The notes under the pieces are model-generated. The model did no database searches, had not been told where the DNA came from, and was given only the letters and a program-made list of their open reading frames with translations. This document shows positions 33,788-45,059 of a stretch of 64,000 bases of DNA, one piece after another. Source of the stretch: an uncultured Phycisphaerae bacterium (GTDB lineage Bacteria > Planctomycetota > Phycisphaerae > UBA1845 > Fen-1342). Every line of letters begins with the position of its first letter. The first letter of the stretch is position 1. The position numbers were made by a program, and so were the translations under genes. The stretch lies in assembly GCA_937928595.1 (NCBI GenBank), contig CALGJV010000017.1, positions 64,744 through 128,743 of the forward strand. The letters are read 5' to 3'.

Positions 33788-34335
33788 GGGTCTCTCCTCA
33801 GCGCCGCAGCGCCGGACAGCTTCTCGGCCAGGCACTCCGCCGCGTCGCGGCAACTCGGGCACGCCCGGGGCTCGTGGCCGCAGGCCGCTTCGTAGTTCTG
33901 CCACCCGCGGACGAACTCGCGGCCGCGCTGCGGATCGGTGTCGAGGAAGCGCAGGAACGAGAGCAGCCGCTCCGCCGTCTGGTTGCTCAGCAGGTGCTCG
34001 AGCTTGCAGGCGTCGATCTCGGCCTGCTCCGGGGCGACACCGAGCACCTCCGCCAGCAAGCGCTGCATGAGGTGCCGCTTGGTCTTGATCGCGGCGACGA
34101 GCGCGCTGCCGGTTTCGGTGAGGCGGAGGTGACGATTTTCGTCCTGTTCGACCAACCGGGCCTTCTTCAGCGGACGGAGGGAAATCGACACGCTCCCCCG
34201 GGTGATGCCCAGGCGGCGGGCGACATCGGACACGCGGGCGTAACCGTGCTGCTGGAGCAGGTCGGCGACGGCCATGAGGTGGTGCGCGGCGCTGTGCGTG
34301 ATGATGTTCTGGTCGAACTCTTTCCAGGTGTCCAC
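33784..34335 (-). CDS. DtxR/MntR-family metal-dependent transcriptional regulator with Cys4 C-terminal tail
   Basis: Winged-HTH block ARVSDVARRLGITRGSVSISLRPLKKARLV...LRLTETG...KRHLMQRLL. The C-terminus reads CGHEPRACPSCRDAAEC (CX7CX2CX6C). Confidence 0.7.
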   Translation of the reverse strand: MDTWKEFDQNIITHSAAHHLMAVADLLQQHGYARVSDVARRLGITRGSVSISLRPLKKARLVEQDENRHLRLTETGSALVAAIKTKRHLMQRLLAEVLGVAPEQAEIDACKLEHLLSNQTAERLLSFLRFLDTDPQRGREFVRGWQNYEAACGHEPRACPSCRDAAECLAEKLSGAAALRRDP

Positions 34336-34488
34336 GCATTCGCTCCGGCAGCACCAGCCGCCGGCCGGAACCGGCGTTGCAGTGCCTGGGTGCCAAGGGC
34401 ACAGGGCCCGCGCACTCGCAGTCTGCGGGGATTATACCGACGCTCGGCCGAGGATAGGCCGCGCGGGCCGGTGATCGAGGGCCCGTAA

Positions 34489-36354
<1,866 letters not shown>

Positions 36355-36410
36355 CGCGGCCCACGGGGCGCCGCGCCGGACGCGGCGTGCCCCGGACGAC
36401 GGACGAACCG

Positions 36411-36442
36411 CGCGGCGCCGGACGGAAGGGTCCGGCGCCGCG
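36411..36442. terminator. 13-bp perfect hairpin between convergent gdhA and pyk (candidate bidirectional terminator)
   Basis: CGCGGCGCCGGAC (36411-36423), loop GGAAGG, GTCCGGCGCCGCG (36430-36442), followed by GCGTTTGCG. It sits in the 100-nt gap between two convergent stops. The U-tract is weak. Confidence 0.5.
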
Positions 36443-36454
36443 GCGTTTGCGGGC

Positions 36455-37933
36455 TCACACGCCGGCCAGCGGCGACACGCCCTCCGCGCCGACGCGGTGG
36501 ACCAGCGCGGTGTCCGTCGCCCCCGCCACGGTCGGGCGAGTCGAAGTGACGACGACGATCACGTCGCCCGGTGCGGCCAGGCGCCGCTCCAGCACGAGCG
36601 CGTCGAGCGTGCGGACCATCGCGGCCGGGTGATCGAGCGGTGGCACCCGAACGGGGATCACGCCGTACAGCAGGTTCATCTGGCGTTGCACGTGTTCGTC
36701 GCACGTCAGGCCGAGGATGGGCATCGGCAGGCGGTACTTCGCCACCATCCGGACGGTGGTGCCCGTGGCGCTCCAGACGGCCACGAGCCGGACGCCGAGG
36801 TCGCGCGCGGCCTGCACCGCGGCGTGAGCGACGGCGGCGGTGGGGCGGTAGTGCACGGCCACGCTTGGGGGCGGGTCGAACGGCGGGGAGGCCGCCAGGA
36901 ACTGGCCGGTGGCCGCGACGATGCGGTTCATCATCGTGACCGCTTCGACGGGGTACTGGCCCACGGCGGTCTCGCCGGAAAGCATGACCGCGTCGGCCTG
37001 GTCAAAAACGGCGTTGGCGACGTCGCTGACCTCGGCCCGCGTGGGGATCGGGTTGTCGATCATCGTCTGGAGCATCTGGGTCGCGACGATCACCGGCACG
37101 CCGACGCGGCGGCAGCGCGCCACGATGTCCTTCTGCACGACGGGGACGCGCCACAGGTCCGTCTCGACGCCGAGGTCGCCCCGGGCGACCAGCACGGCGT
37201 CGGAGCTCTCGATCAGCTCGTCAAGGTGCTCGAGCGCCTCCGGCTTCTCGATCTTGACGATGACCGGCGTGGCGTGGCCGCGGGCCTTGATCTGGCGGCG
37301 CAGCTCGTACAGGTCCTCGGCCTGGCGCACAAACGACAGGGCGATGTAATCGACGCCGTGGGTCAGAGCCCAGTCGAGATCCAGCAGGTCCTTCTGAGTC
37401 AGCGCGGGAACGCTCAGCGTGCTGTCGGGCAGGTTCACGCCCTTGCGGCTGCTGACCACGCCGCCCGCGACGACCTCGCACTCGAGGGCGTCGTCGCGAC
37501 GCTCGCGGACGACCAGCCGCACGAGCCCGTCGTCGATGAGCACGCGGTGCCCCGGCAGGACCTCGTCGGCCAGGTGCGGGTAACTGACCGAAAGCCGGGT
37601 GGTCGTGCAGGGGGCGCCGCCCGGGACGAGGGCGACCCGGGCGCCAGGGGCGAGGGCGAGGGGCAGGCCGCACGTGCCCAGGCGAATCTTCGGGCCGCAC
37701 AGGTCACCGATGACGGCGAGCGGCGTGCCCCGCCGGGTGCCGACGGAGCGAATCGTGTTCAGCACGGCCTCGTGGGCGGCGTGGTCGCCGTGGCTGAAGT
37801 TGATCCGGCAGACATCCAGACCGGCTTCGCAGAGCGCATCCAGCTTCTGCGGGTCGGCGCTGGCCGGGCCGATCGTCGCGATGATTTTCGTGCGGACGTG
37901 GCGGTTGTCGGAGTTGTCAGGCATCCGTCGCAC
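36455..37933 (-). CDS. pyk: Pyruvate kinase
   Basis: RTKIIATIGPAS, CRINFSHG, GPKIR, VKIEK and MVARGDLGVE blocks. The start may be 37933 or 37924. Confidence 0.95.
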   Translation of the reverse strand: MRRMPDNSDNRHVRTKIIATIGPASADPQKLDALCEAGLDVCRINFSHGDHAAHEAVLNTIRSVGTRRGTPLAVIGDLCGPKIRLGTCGLPLALAPGARVALVPGGAPCTTTRLSVSYPHLADEVLPGHRVLIDDGLVRLVVRERRDDALECEVVAGGVVSSRKGVNLPDSTLSVPALTQKDLLDLDWALTHGVDYIALSFVRQAEDLYELRRQIKARGHATPVIVKIEKPEALEHLDELIESSDAVLVARGDLGVETDLWRVPVVQKDIVARCRRVGVPVIVATQMLQTMIDNPIPTRAEVSDVANAVFDQADAVMLSGETAVGQYPVEAVTMMNRIVAATGQFLAASPPFDPPPSVAVHYRPTAAVAHAAVQAARDLGVRLVAVWSATGTTVRMVAKYRLPMPILGLTCDEHVQRQMNLLYGVIPVRVPPLDHPAAMVRTLDALVLERRLAAPGDVIVVVTSTRPTVAGATDTALVHRVGAEGVSPLAGV

Positions 37934-38052
37934 CCCGTACTTGGAGCCGTGCCGGGAGCGGCACCCATCGCATCCGCACGCGCCGCGCCGGCGCGTGACG
38001 TGCGGCGCAGTCTACCCGGACCCGCCGGGGGCCGCCATTGCGCCGCGGGAGA

Positions 38053-39522
38053 TCAACCCGCGCGCCGCGTGTGCCAGTCCGTGGCGCGTTCGTACAGGCG
38101 GGCGGCCTGGAGCAGGAGCGTCTCGCCGAACAACGGTCCCTGGAGCTGCAATCCGATGGGCAGTCCGGCGCGGGTGAACCCACAAGGCAGCGAAATCGCC
38201 GGGATACCCGCCAGGTTCGCCGAGATCGTGTACACGTCCGCCAGGTACATCTGGAGCGGGTCGGCCGTCCTTTCACCGAGGCGAAACGCCGGCGTGGGCG
38301 AGGTCGGGCCGGCGACGACATCGCAGTGGTCGAAGGCGGCCGTGAAATCCTCCTGGATCAGGCGGCGAACCCGGAGGGCCTTGTTGTAGTACCGGTCGTA
38401 GTAGCCGGCGGACAGCGCGAAGGTCCCGAGCATGATCCGCCGCTTGACCTCCGGTCCGAAGCCCTCGGCTCGGGTGGCGCTGTACAGGTCCTCGATGTCG
38501 GCCGGGTGCGGCGTGCGGTAACCGTAGTGCACGCCGTCGTAGCGGGCGAGGTTGCCGGAGGCTTCCGCGGTTGCGACAAGGTAGTACGCCGCGATCGCCT
38601 GCGGCGTGCGCGGCAGCGTGACGTCCACGAGGGTGGCGCCGAGCTGCTCGAAGACGCGCAAGGCGCTCCGCACGGCCCCTTCCGTTTCCGCGTCCAGCCC
38701 GGCACCGAAGTACTCCGCCGGTACCCCGATCCGCAGCCCGTGCGCCACCGCCGCGAGCGGCGCGTCCCGCAGCGCGCCGCGGTAGTCCGGTACCGCCTGG
38801 TCGACCGACGTGGAATCGCGCGGGTCGCGTCCGCTGAGCACCGCGAGGAGCAGCGCCGCGTCCGTCACCGTGCCGGCCAGCGGCCCCACCTGATCGAGGC
38901 TGGAGCCGTACGCCACGAGCCCGTAGCGCGACACGCGGCCGTAGGTCGGCTTCAGCCCCACCACGCCGCACAGTGCCGCAGGCTGGCGGATCGAACCCCC
39001 CGTGTCCGAGCCCAGCGCGGCCGGCACGAAGCCGGCCGCAACCGCCGCCGCTGAGCCGCCGGACGAACCGCCGGGCACCCGCTCGGGATCCCAGGGATTG
39101 CGCGTGGGGAAGTACCCGCTGTTCTCGGTCGACGAGCCCATCGCGAACTCGTCGAGGTTCGTCTTGCCGACGATCACCGCCCCGGCCGCCTCGAGCCGCT
39201 CGACCGCCGTGGCGCTGTACGGGGAAACGTATCCCGCCAGGATTCGGGAGCCGCAGGTCGTGTGCCCGAACGTCGTGCAGAGGTTGTCCTTGACCGCCAC
39301 CGGCACGCCGGCCAGCGGTCCGACCGGCCGGCCGGCGACGACGTCGCGGTCGATGGCGACCGCGCGCTCGAGGGCGTGCTCGGCCGTCAACTCGAGAAAA
39401 GCCTTCAGCTCGCCATTGCGGGCGGCGATTCGACCCAGCGCCGCCCGACAGACCTCCTCGGCGCGTCGGCGGCCGGCCGCGACTTCCGCGGCGATCGTCG
39501 CGGCCGTATCGGGTGTGCTCAT
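38053..39522 (-). CDS. gatA: Asp-tRNA(Asn)/Glu-tRNA(Gln) amidotransferase subunit A
   Basis: GVPVAVKDN, the amidase signature [12 protein letters not shown], and [17 protein letters not shown]. Confidence 0.95.
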   Translation of the reverse strand: MSTPDTAATIAAEVAAGRRRAEEVCRAALGRIAARNGELKAFLELTAEHALERAVAIDRDVVAGRPVGPLAGVPVAVKDNLCTTFGHTTCGSRILAGYVSPYSATAVERLEAAGAVIVGKTNLDEFAMGSSTENSGYFPTRNPWDPERVPGGSSGGSAAAVAAGFVPAALGSDTGGSIRQPAALCGVVGLKPTYGRVSRYGLVAYGSSLDQVGPLAGTVTDAALLLAVLSGRDPRDSTSVDQAVPDYRGALRDAPLAAVAHGLRIGVPAEYFGAGLDAETEGAVRSALRVFEQLGATLVDVTLPRTPQAIAAYYLVATAEASGNLARYDGVHYGYRTPHPADIEDLYSATRAEGFGPEVKRRIMLGTFALSAGYYDRYYNKALRVRRLIQEDFTAAFDHCDVVAGPTSPTPAFRLGERTADPLQMYLADVYTISANLAGIPAISLPCGFTRAGLPIGLQLQGPLFGETLLLQAARLYERATDWHTRRAG

Positions 39523-39619
39523 GAACGCTGGCTCCTCGCGCGCCGGAGCGGCCGGTGCGGCCGCGGCCGTGGTGTCCGGCCCGCGCCGTCACCTTCCGCA
39601 GGGGATATACTACCGCACC

Positions 39620-40765
39620 ATGCCGAAACGTGTGCTCATCCTCGGAGCGACCGGATCCATCGGACGCTCCGCGCTCGAGGTGGCCGCGGCACTGGCAGAC
39701 GAGATCCGAATCGTGGGGCTGACGGCCGGGAGCGATGCCGCCTCGTTGGCGGAGTTGGCGCGCCGTTTCTCAGTGCCGGCGGTGGCGATCGCGGACGAGA
39801 ATGCGTTCGACCAGTTGCGGCGCGCGGTCCCGGCGGGTACCCGCGTGCTCGCGGGGGCCGAGGGGCTGGTTGAGCTCGTACAAACGACCGAGGCCGATTT
39901 CGTTCTGGCGGCGATCGTTGGAGCGGCCGGTCTGCCGGCGACGCTGGCGGCCGTCGAGCAGGGCCGGGTGGTGGGCCTGGCGAACAAGGAATCGCTCGTC
40001 ATGGCCGGGGCGCTGCTGATGCCGCTCGCGGTCGCCCGCGGGGCGACGCTGATCCCGGTGGACAGCGAGCACTCGGCGATCTTCCAGGCGCTGCACGCGG
40101 GACGGCGAGAAGACGTGCGCCGTGTGATCCTGACGGCGTCGGGCGGGCCGTTCCGGTCGTGGCCTGCGGAGCGTATCGCCGCGGCAACCCTGGCGGAGGC
40201 GCTGCGGCACCCCACCTGGAACATGGGCCCGAAGATCACGATCGACAGCGCCACGATGGTCAACAAGGCGCTGGAGATCATCGAGGCACACTGGCTGTTC
40301 GGGTTGCCGCCCGAGCAGATCGACGTGCTGATCCACCCGGAGTCGATCGTGCATTCCCTGGTCGAGTTTCAGGACGGGTCGCTGATCGCGCAGCTCGGCA
40401 CACCGGACATGAAGACGCCGATACAATATGCCCTGACGTATCCCCGCCGGGTGCCCGGGATCGCGGATCGGCTCGACTGGCGGCAGGTCGGCTGCCTGCG
40501 GTTCGAGCTGCCCGACCCGGCCCGGTTCCCCGCGCTGGAGCTTGGGTACGCCGCCGCGCGGCGCGGCGGGTGCAGCGGTGCGGTGTTCAACGCGGCCAAC
40601 GAGGCCGCGGTCACGCACTTCCGCAACGGACGGATTCCGTTCGGGCGGATCGTCCGTCTGGCCGAGCAGGTGCTCGGCCGCCATGTGGACGTGGCCCAAC
40701 CGGGCCTGGCGGACCTGCTGGCGGCCGACCGCTGGGCGCGCGAAGAGGTTGAACGATGCCTGTAG
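39620..40765 (+). CDS. dxr: 1-deoxy-D-xylulose 5-phosphate reductoisomerase
   Basis: ILGATGSIG, ANKESLV, PVDSEHSA, LTASGGPF and NKALE motifs. Start at MPKRVLILG (39620). Confidence 0.95.
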   Translation: MPKRVLILGATGSIGRSALEVAAALADEIRIVGLTAGSDAASLAELARRFSVPAVAIADENAFDQLRRAVPAGTRVLAGAEGLVELVQTTEADFVLAAIVGAAGLPATLAAVEQGRVVGLANKESLVMAGALLMPLAVARGATLIPVDSEHSAIFQALHAGRREDVRRVILTASGGPFRSWPAERIAAATLAEALRHPTWNMGPKITIDSATMVNKALEIIEAHWLFGLPPEQIDVLIHPESIVHSLVEFQDGSLIAQLGTPDMKTPIQYALTYPRRVPGIADRLDWRQVGCLRFELPDPARFPALELGYAAARRGGCSGAVFNAANEAAVTHFRNGRIPFGRIVRLAEQVLGRHVDVAQPGLADLLAADRWAREEVERCL

Positions 40766-43047
40766 GTGCTCTGGCCGCGGTTTCCGGCGGCGAGATCCTC
40801 GATCTGCTGCTCCAGTGGCTGTGGCTGCTGTGGCTGGTGCTGAAGGTCGTGATCGGCTTCTCGCTGGTCGTGGTGGTGCATGAACTGGGGCACTTTCTCC
40901 TGGCCAAGTGGGCCGGGATTCGCGTCCTGCGGTTCGCGGTGGGGTTCTTCGGGCGGGTGTGCGGCTGGCGGCGGGGCGAGGGTTTCACGTTCGGGCGGCG
41001 GCCGAACTACACACCCGAAGAGCTGGCGCAGCGGGGCTGGGGCGAGACGGACTACTGCCTGAACCTCCTGCCGCTCGGCGGCTATGTCAAGATGCTCGGC
41101 GAGGATGACATCATCATCAACGAGCAGACGGGGGAGATGCGGACGAGCAGCGACCCGCGGGCGTTCCCGAACAAGCCCGTGGGCCGGCGCATGCTCGTGA
41201 TCTCCGGCGGGGTCATCTTCAACCTGCTCTTCGCCGTGCTCGTCTTCACAGGCATCTTCCTGTTTTCGGGCCGACAGGCCGTCGCGCCGGTCGTCGGGGT
41301 GGTCGAGGCCGAGTCGCCGGCGGCCCGCGCCGGCTTGAAACCCGGCGACCGGATCGTGGCGGTCGATGGCCGGCGGATTCGGGATTTCCAGAGCCTGGCC
41401 CAGTCGGTGATCCTGGGCGCGTCCAGACTCGAACTGACCGTGGAGCGCGACGGCGCCACTCTGTCTGCGCCCGTGGTGGTGAAACGGGAAGCGCGCGACG
41501 GCGAGAAGGAGCCGGTCGGGTTCTTCCCCCCGGTGCTTGCCCGAGTCACCAACGAGCCGGGCTATGGTTTGCCGCCGGGACTGCAGCCCGGCGATACGGT
41601 CGTCGCGGTGGACGGCCGACCGTTGCTCGATGCAGCGGAATTGGACTTCGCCGCGATCGAGAGTCAGGGCCGGCCGCTCGAGCTGACCGTGGAGCGTCGT
41701 ACGGCGCGGGGCGCGACGGAGAAAGTCCAAGTGTCCTGCACGCCGGGGATGATCCTCGCGCCGCGCGAGACTTCGGACGACGGCAGCGCGCGCGTGGAAA
41801 CCCCGCGGCACCTGCTGGGTCTCGTGCCACGTCAGATGGTTCGGCAGGTCGTGCCGCGCTCTCCGGCGGCGCGCGCCCGGCAGGTCGACGGGGGCGCCGG
41901 CGCGGGCTTCCAGCCCGGCGACGTGATCGTGCAGTGGGACACGGTCCCGAATCCCTCCTACCCGGAGATCACGCGCGCGATCCTCGCACACGACGGGCGG
42001 CCGCTGCGCGTGATTGTGGAGCGGGACGGACAGCCGGTTGTGCTCGAGGTGACACCGCAGCGCGAGTTCCGCCTCTTCGGCTCCGCGCCACCCCGGGTCG
42101 GGCTGGCGTTCGTGGATGAGGATGCACGGCCGGTCGTGGCGAGCGTCGTGCCGGACACGCCGGCCGCGGTGCTGGGCCTGCCGCGCGGCTCCGAGATTCG
42201 CGCGATCGGCGAACAGCCCGTGGCATCGTGGGCCGAACTGTTTCGAGCCTTGCGGGACGCCGCGGGGCAACGGGTCGCCGTGCGATACCGCAGCGGGCCG
42301 GACGAGGCCACCGCGCACCTGGACGTGCCGTCGAACATCCTGCACGAGCTGGGTTTGCCGCCCGCGGTCCACATCCGCCGCATCGCGGGCGAGGACTCCG
42401 TCGCGCTGCCCTCGGGCCGGCGGCAGAAGGTGGGCACTTCGGCGAGCGCGCTGGCCGAGACGCTGGGCCGCTACGTGGGGCGCACCATCACGATCGAGTA
42501 CGGTCGCAACGCCCTCGATCCGGAGACCCGGCGGGCCGAGTTCACGGTCCGGCCGGACAACATCGATCCATGGCCGCTGCGCGTGGCGTTCGGAGTCCCG
42601 GGGATCGCCCGTGCGTTCGCCGAGACGAGGATCTCGGCCGAGGGGAACCCGGCGCGTGCGGTGGGCATGGCGCTGGAGGCGTCGTACCGCAACGTCGAAG
42701 CGGCCTTTATGATCCTCGGCAGCATGCTTGCGCGGCAGGTCGGGCCGCAGAATGTCGCAGGCCCGGTCGGCATCTTCGAGATGGCCTATCGGGAGAGCAA
42801 GAGCGGACTCGGCGACCTTCTGTACTTCCTCGCGTTCATTTCGGTGAACCTGGCCGTGCTCAACTTCCTGCCGCTGCCGGTGCTCGATGGCGGAACGATG
42901 GTGTTCCTGATAGTCGAGAAACTGCGCGGGCGGCCGGTGCCGCTGCGGGTGCAGGTGACGACGACACTGGTCGGCCTGGCGCTCATCGTGGGCGTTTTCC
43001 TGTTCGTGACGTTCCAGGACATCTCGCGCTGGGGAGCGGCGGGCTGA
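40756..43047 (+). CDS. rseP: RIP site-2 metalloprotease RseP (M50) with expanded PDZ region, 763 aa
   Basis: HELGH at residues 42-46 and a C-terminal NLAVLNFLPLPVLDGG motif. Between them are several GLKPGD/GLQPGD/GFQPGD-type PDZ segments. It overlaps the dxr end by 10 nt (conserved dxr-rseP neighbourhood). Confidence 0.85.
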   Translation: MPVGALAAVSGGEILDLLLQWLWLLWLVLKVVIGFSLVVVVHELGHFLLAKWAGIRVLRFAVGFFGRVCGWRRGEGFTFGRRPNYTPEELAQRGWGETDYCLNLLPLGGYVKMLGEDDIIINEQTGEMRTSSDPRAFPNKPVGRRMLVISGGVIFNLLFAVLVFTGIFLFSGRQAVAPVVGVVEAESPAARAGLKPGDRIVAVDGRRIRDFQSLAQSVILGASRLELTVERDGATLSAPVVVKREARDGEKEPVGFFPPVLARVTNEPGYGLPPGLQPGDTVVAVDGRPLLDAAELDFAAIESQGRPLELTVERRTARGATEKVQVSCTPGMILAPRETSDDGSARVETPRHLLGLVPRQMVRQVVPRSPAARARQVDGGAGAGFQPGDVIVQWDTVPNPSYPEITRAILAHDGRPLRVIVERDGQPVVLEVTPQREFRLFGSAPPRVGLAFVDEDARPVVASVVPDTPAAVLGLPRGSEIRAIGEQPVASWAELFRALRDAAGQRVAVRYRSGPDEATAHLDVPSNILHELGLPPAVHIRRIAGEDSVALPSGRRQKVGTSASALAETLGRYVGRTITIEYGRNALDPETRRAEFTVRPDNIDPWPLRVAFGVPGIARAFAETRISAEGNPARAVGMALEASYRNVEAAFMILGSMLARQVGPQNVAGPVGIFEMAYRESKSGLGDLLYFLAFISVNLAVLNFLPLPVLDGGTMVFLIVEKLRGRPVPLRVQVTTTLVGLALIVGVFLFVTFQDISRWGAAG

Positions 43048-43144
43048 TGGGGCGCGGGGTTGCGGCTGACCGTCGAGTTTCGGAGAGTCCTGTAGGAGTG
43101 AACCGATACACCTGCCTCGGATCACCCGTCCAAGGAGCCTTACC

Positions 43145-44323
43145 ATGAGACGCCTGTCGACGCTTGCTGCCCTTCTTCTGGTGCTGCCGAGTACGCGCGC
43201 CGCGGACGACATCGAGAAGCTCGATCCTGCGAGGCTGCCGCGCGTCAAGCCGCCCGCCAAGATCGCGGGCGACGGTCGCCCGCTGGTCGTGAAGGTGCTG
43301 GTGCTCGACTTCAACCCGCTGATCCCGGGGAAGGTGCATTCGCCCGACCAGCCGGACGCACCGGCCAAGGGGCTGCGTGAGGTCGGGGGGTGGAACGACC
43401 CGCTGCCGCTGGCCGCGGGGTTCATCCAGGACATGTGCGACGCGAGCGGCGGACTGCTCCAGTACGAAATCGTCGAATGGCAGGTCGTGCGGCGGTTCCA
43501 GAAGAAGAAGGACGGCTTCGTCTACACACCGGAACAGTACGTGAGCGCCCTGCGGCAGGGCACGGGCAAGGCGGAGGCCTGGCACCAGCCCGACGGGCTC
43601 GACTACCCGGCGATGATCGCCGAGTTCGACCTCGTGCGGCGCGTGGACAGCGGTGAAATCGACGAAGTCTGGATGATGGGCTTGCCGTACTTCGGGTACT
43701 GGGAGGCCGCGATGGCCGGCCCGGGCGCGTTCAATATCAACGGCGGCGTGTATGACCAAATCCCCTGCAAGCGCCGGTTCGCGATCATGGGCTTCAACGT
43801 CGAACGCGGCGTCGCCGAGATGATCCACGACGTGTGTCACCGCACCGAATCCACGATGGCGCGCGTGTACGGCGGCTGGAAGGTCGACCAGCTCACGACG
43901 AACTGGGCGAAGTTCGCCGCGAACGAGAAGCAATCGGGCACCGCCGCCGTCGGGACGTGCCATTACCCGGCCAACGCCGAGAAGGACTACGACTACGCCA
44001 ATCCGCGCGTGGTGCAGAGCACGGCCGACGATTGGCTGAACTTCCCGAACCTCACGGGCGAAAAGAAGCCCGTCTCGCGCGACAACTGGGCCGGGCCCCA
44101 CAAGGACGCGAAGGGGAATATCGATTACCACCGCAACTACATGATCTGGTTCTTCACGCGCCTGCCCAGGGCTCCGGGCGTGAACGCGGATGGCCGGCTG
44201 AACAACTGGTGGGAGTACGTGTACAACTTCAACGCCTACGACGAGCGCGGCCGGCCGTTGCCGGACGCGAAGCCGGTCGAAGACAAGACCGTTGCAGAGC
44301 GCGGCGGGCGCCGGCCGGCGTGA
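43145..44323 (+). CDS. Secreted hypothetical protein (392 aa), unknown family
   Basis: An AAGGAG Shine-Dalgarno lies 8 nt upstream. Signal peptide MRRLSTLAALLLVLPSTRA. The body is rich in W/Y/F/K/N, unlike GC-artefact ORFs. It contains HDVCH and GTCHYP motifs. Confidence 0.65.
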   Translation: MRRLSTLAALLLVLPSTRAADDIEKLDPARLPRVKPPAKIAGDGRPLVVKVLVLDFNPLIPGKVHSPDQPDAPAKGLREVGGWNDPLPLAAGFIQDMCDASGGLLQYEIVEWQVVRRFQKKKDGFVYTPEQYVSALRQGTGKAEAWHQPDGLDYPAMIAEFDLVRRVDSGEIDEVWMMGLPYFGYWEAAMAGPGAFNINGGVYDQIPCKRRFAIMGFNVERGVAEMIHDVCHRTESTMARVYGGWKVDQLTTNWAKFAANEKQSGTAAVGTCHYPANAEKDYDYANPRVVQSTADDWLNFPNLTGEKKPVSRDNWAGPHKDAKGNIDYHRNYMIWFFTRLPRAPGVNADGRLNNWWEYVYNFNAYDERGRPLPDAKPVEDKTVAERGGRRPA

Positions 44324-44338
44324 CGGCCGGCTGACGGC

Positions 44339-45028
44339 TCACGCGGAGCCCGCCAGACGGGACTGGAGCTGCGCGACCTGGGCGGCCAGGGCACGGACTT
44401 CGGCGCGGAGCTCCGCGAGCTCGGCGCGGATGGCCGCCGGGGCTTCGGTGCCGGCAGGGTCGGCCGCCGGCGCGGGCGCTGCGGGAGCGGCTGCCGCGCT
44501 TGCGAAGCGGGCCAACTGCTGCCACTCGGCATCCGGGTACAGGCGGTGCGCGTAGCGAACGGCGGACTGGCCGGGAGCCCGGGGCAGGGGGCTGACCATC
44601 GGCTCGGCGCCTTGGCTCAGCGCCTCGAGCACGGCGGTGACCGACTCGACCGACTCGAACGGGAACATCCGCGTGCAGCGCGAGCGAAGCTCGCCGACCG
44701 TCTGCGGGCCCCGCAACAGGAGCTCCGCCATGACGGCCCGCTGGGGCTTCTCCCAGCCGAGGGCTTCCTTCGTCTCGTGCTTCCACCGCTCGACGCGGGA
44801 AGCTCCGCCGGGAAGCAGGCGAGAAGCGAGGCCGCGCTCCCGCAACCCCTCGAGCGTGTTCCAGACCGTGTCCTCGTCGAGGTTCATCTCGGGAGCGCGG
44901 TTGCTCTTTTGGTTGCACGCGACCACAACCGCGTTCACCGTCATCGGGTAATACTGCGGCTGCGACAAAGCTTTCTCGATCAGCACACCCAGCACGCGCC
45001 GCTCGACCTCGTTCAGCCGCACGTTCAC
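44339..45028 (-). CDS. yceH: YceH (DUF480) family protein
   Basis: LNEVERRVLGVLIEKALSQPQYYPMTVNAVVVACNQKSNRAPEM is the DUF480 N-terminal signature. GTG start at 45028. C-terminal coiled-coil tail. Confidence 0.75.
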   Translation of the reverse strand: MNVRLNEVERRVLGVLIEKALSQPQYYPMTVNAVVVACNQKSNRAPEMNLDEDTVWNTLEGLRERGLASRLLPGGASRVERWKHETKEALGWEKPQRAVMAELLLRGPQTVGELRSRCTRMFPFESVESVTAVLEALSQGAEPMVSPLPRAPGQSAVRYAHRLYPDAEWQQLARFASAAAAPAAPAPAADPAGTEAPAAIRAELAELRAEVRALAAQVAQLQSRLAGSA

Positions 45029-45059
45029 CGCTGTCCTCCCGCGAGATGACGCCGACGGC

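Noticed and set aside
40369-43434. 1021-aa ORF on the minus strand, the longest ORF in the track after the hdrA-region ORF
   Set aside because: It is antisense to dxr, rseP and the start of the 392-aa gene. Its composition is dominated by Arg/Pro/His/Gly/Ala with no motifs. This is the typical stop-codon-poor antisense frame of a GC-rich genome, and the plus-strand genes have unambiguous family signatures.
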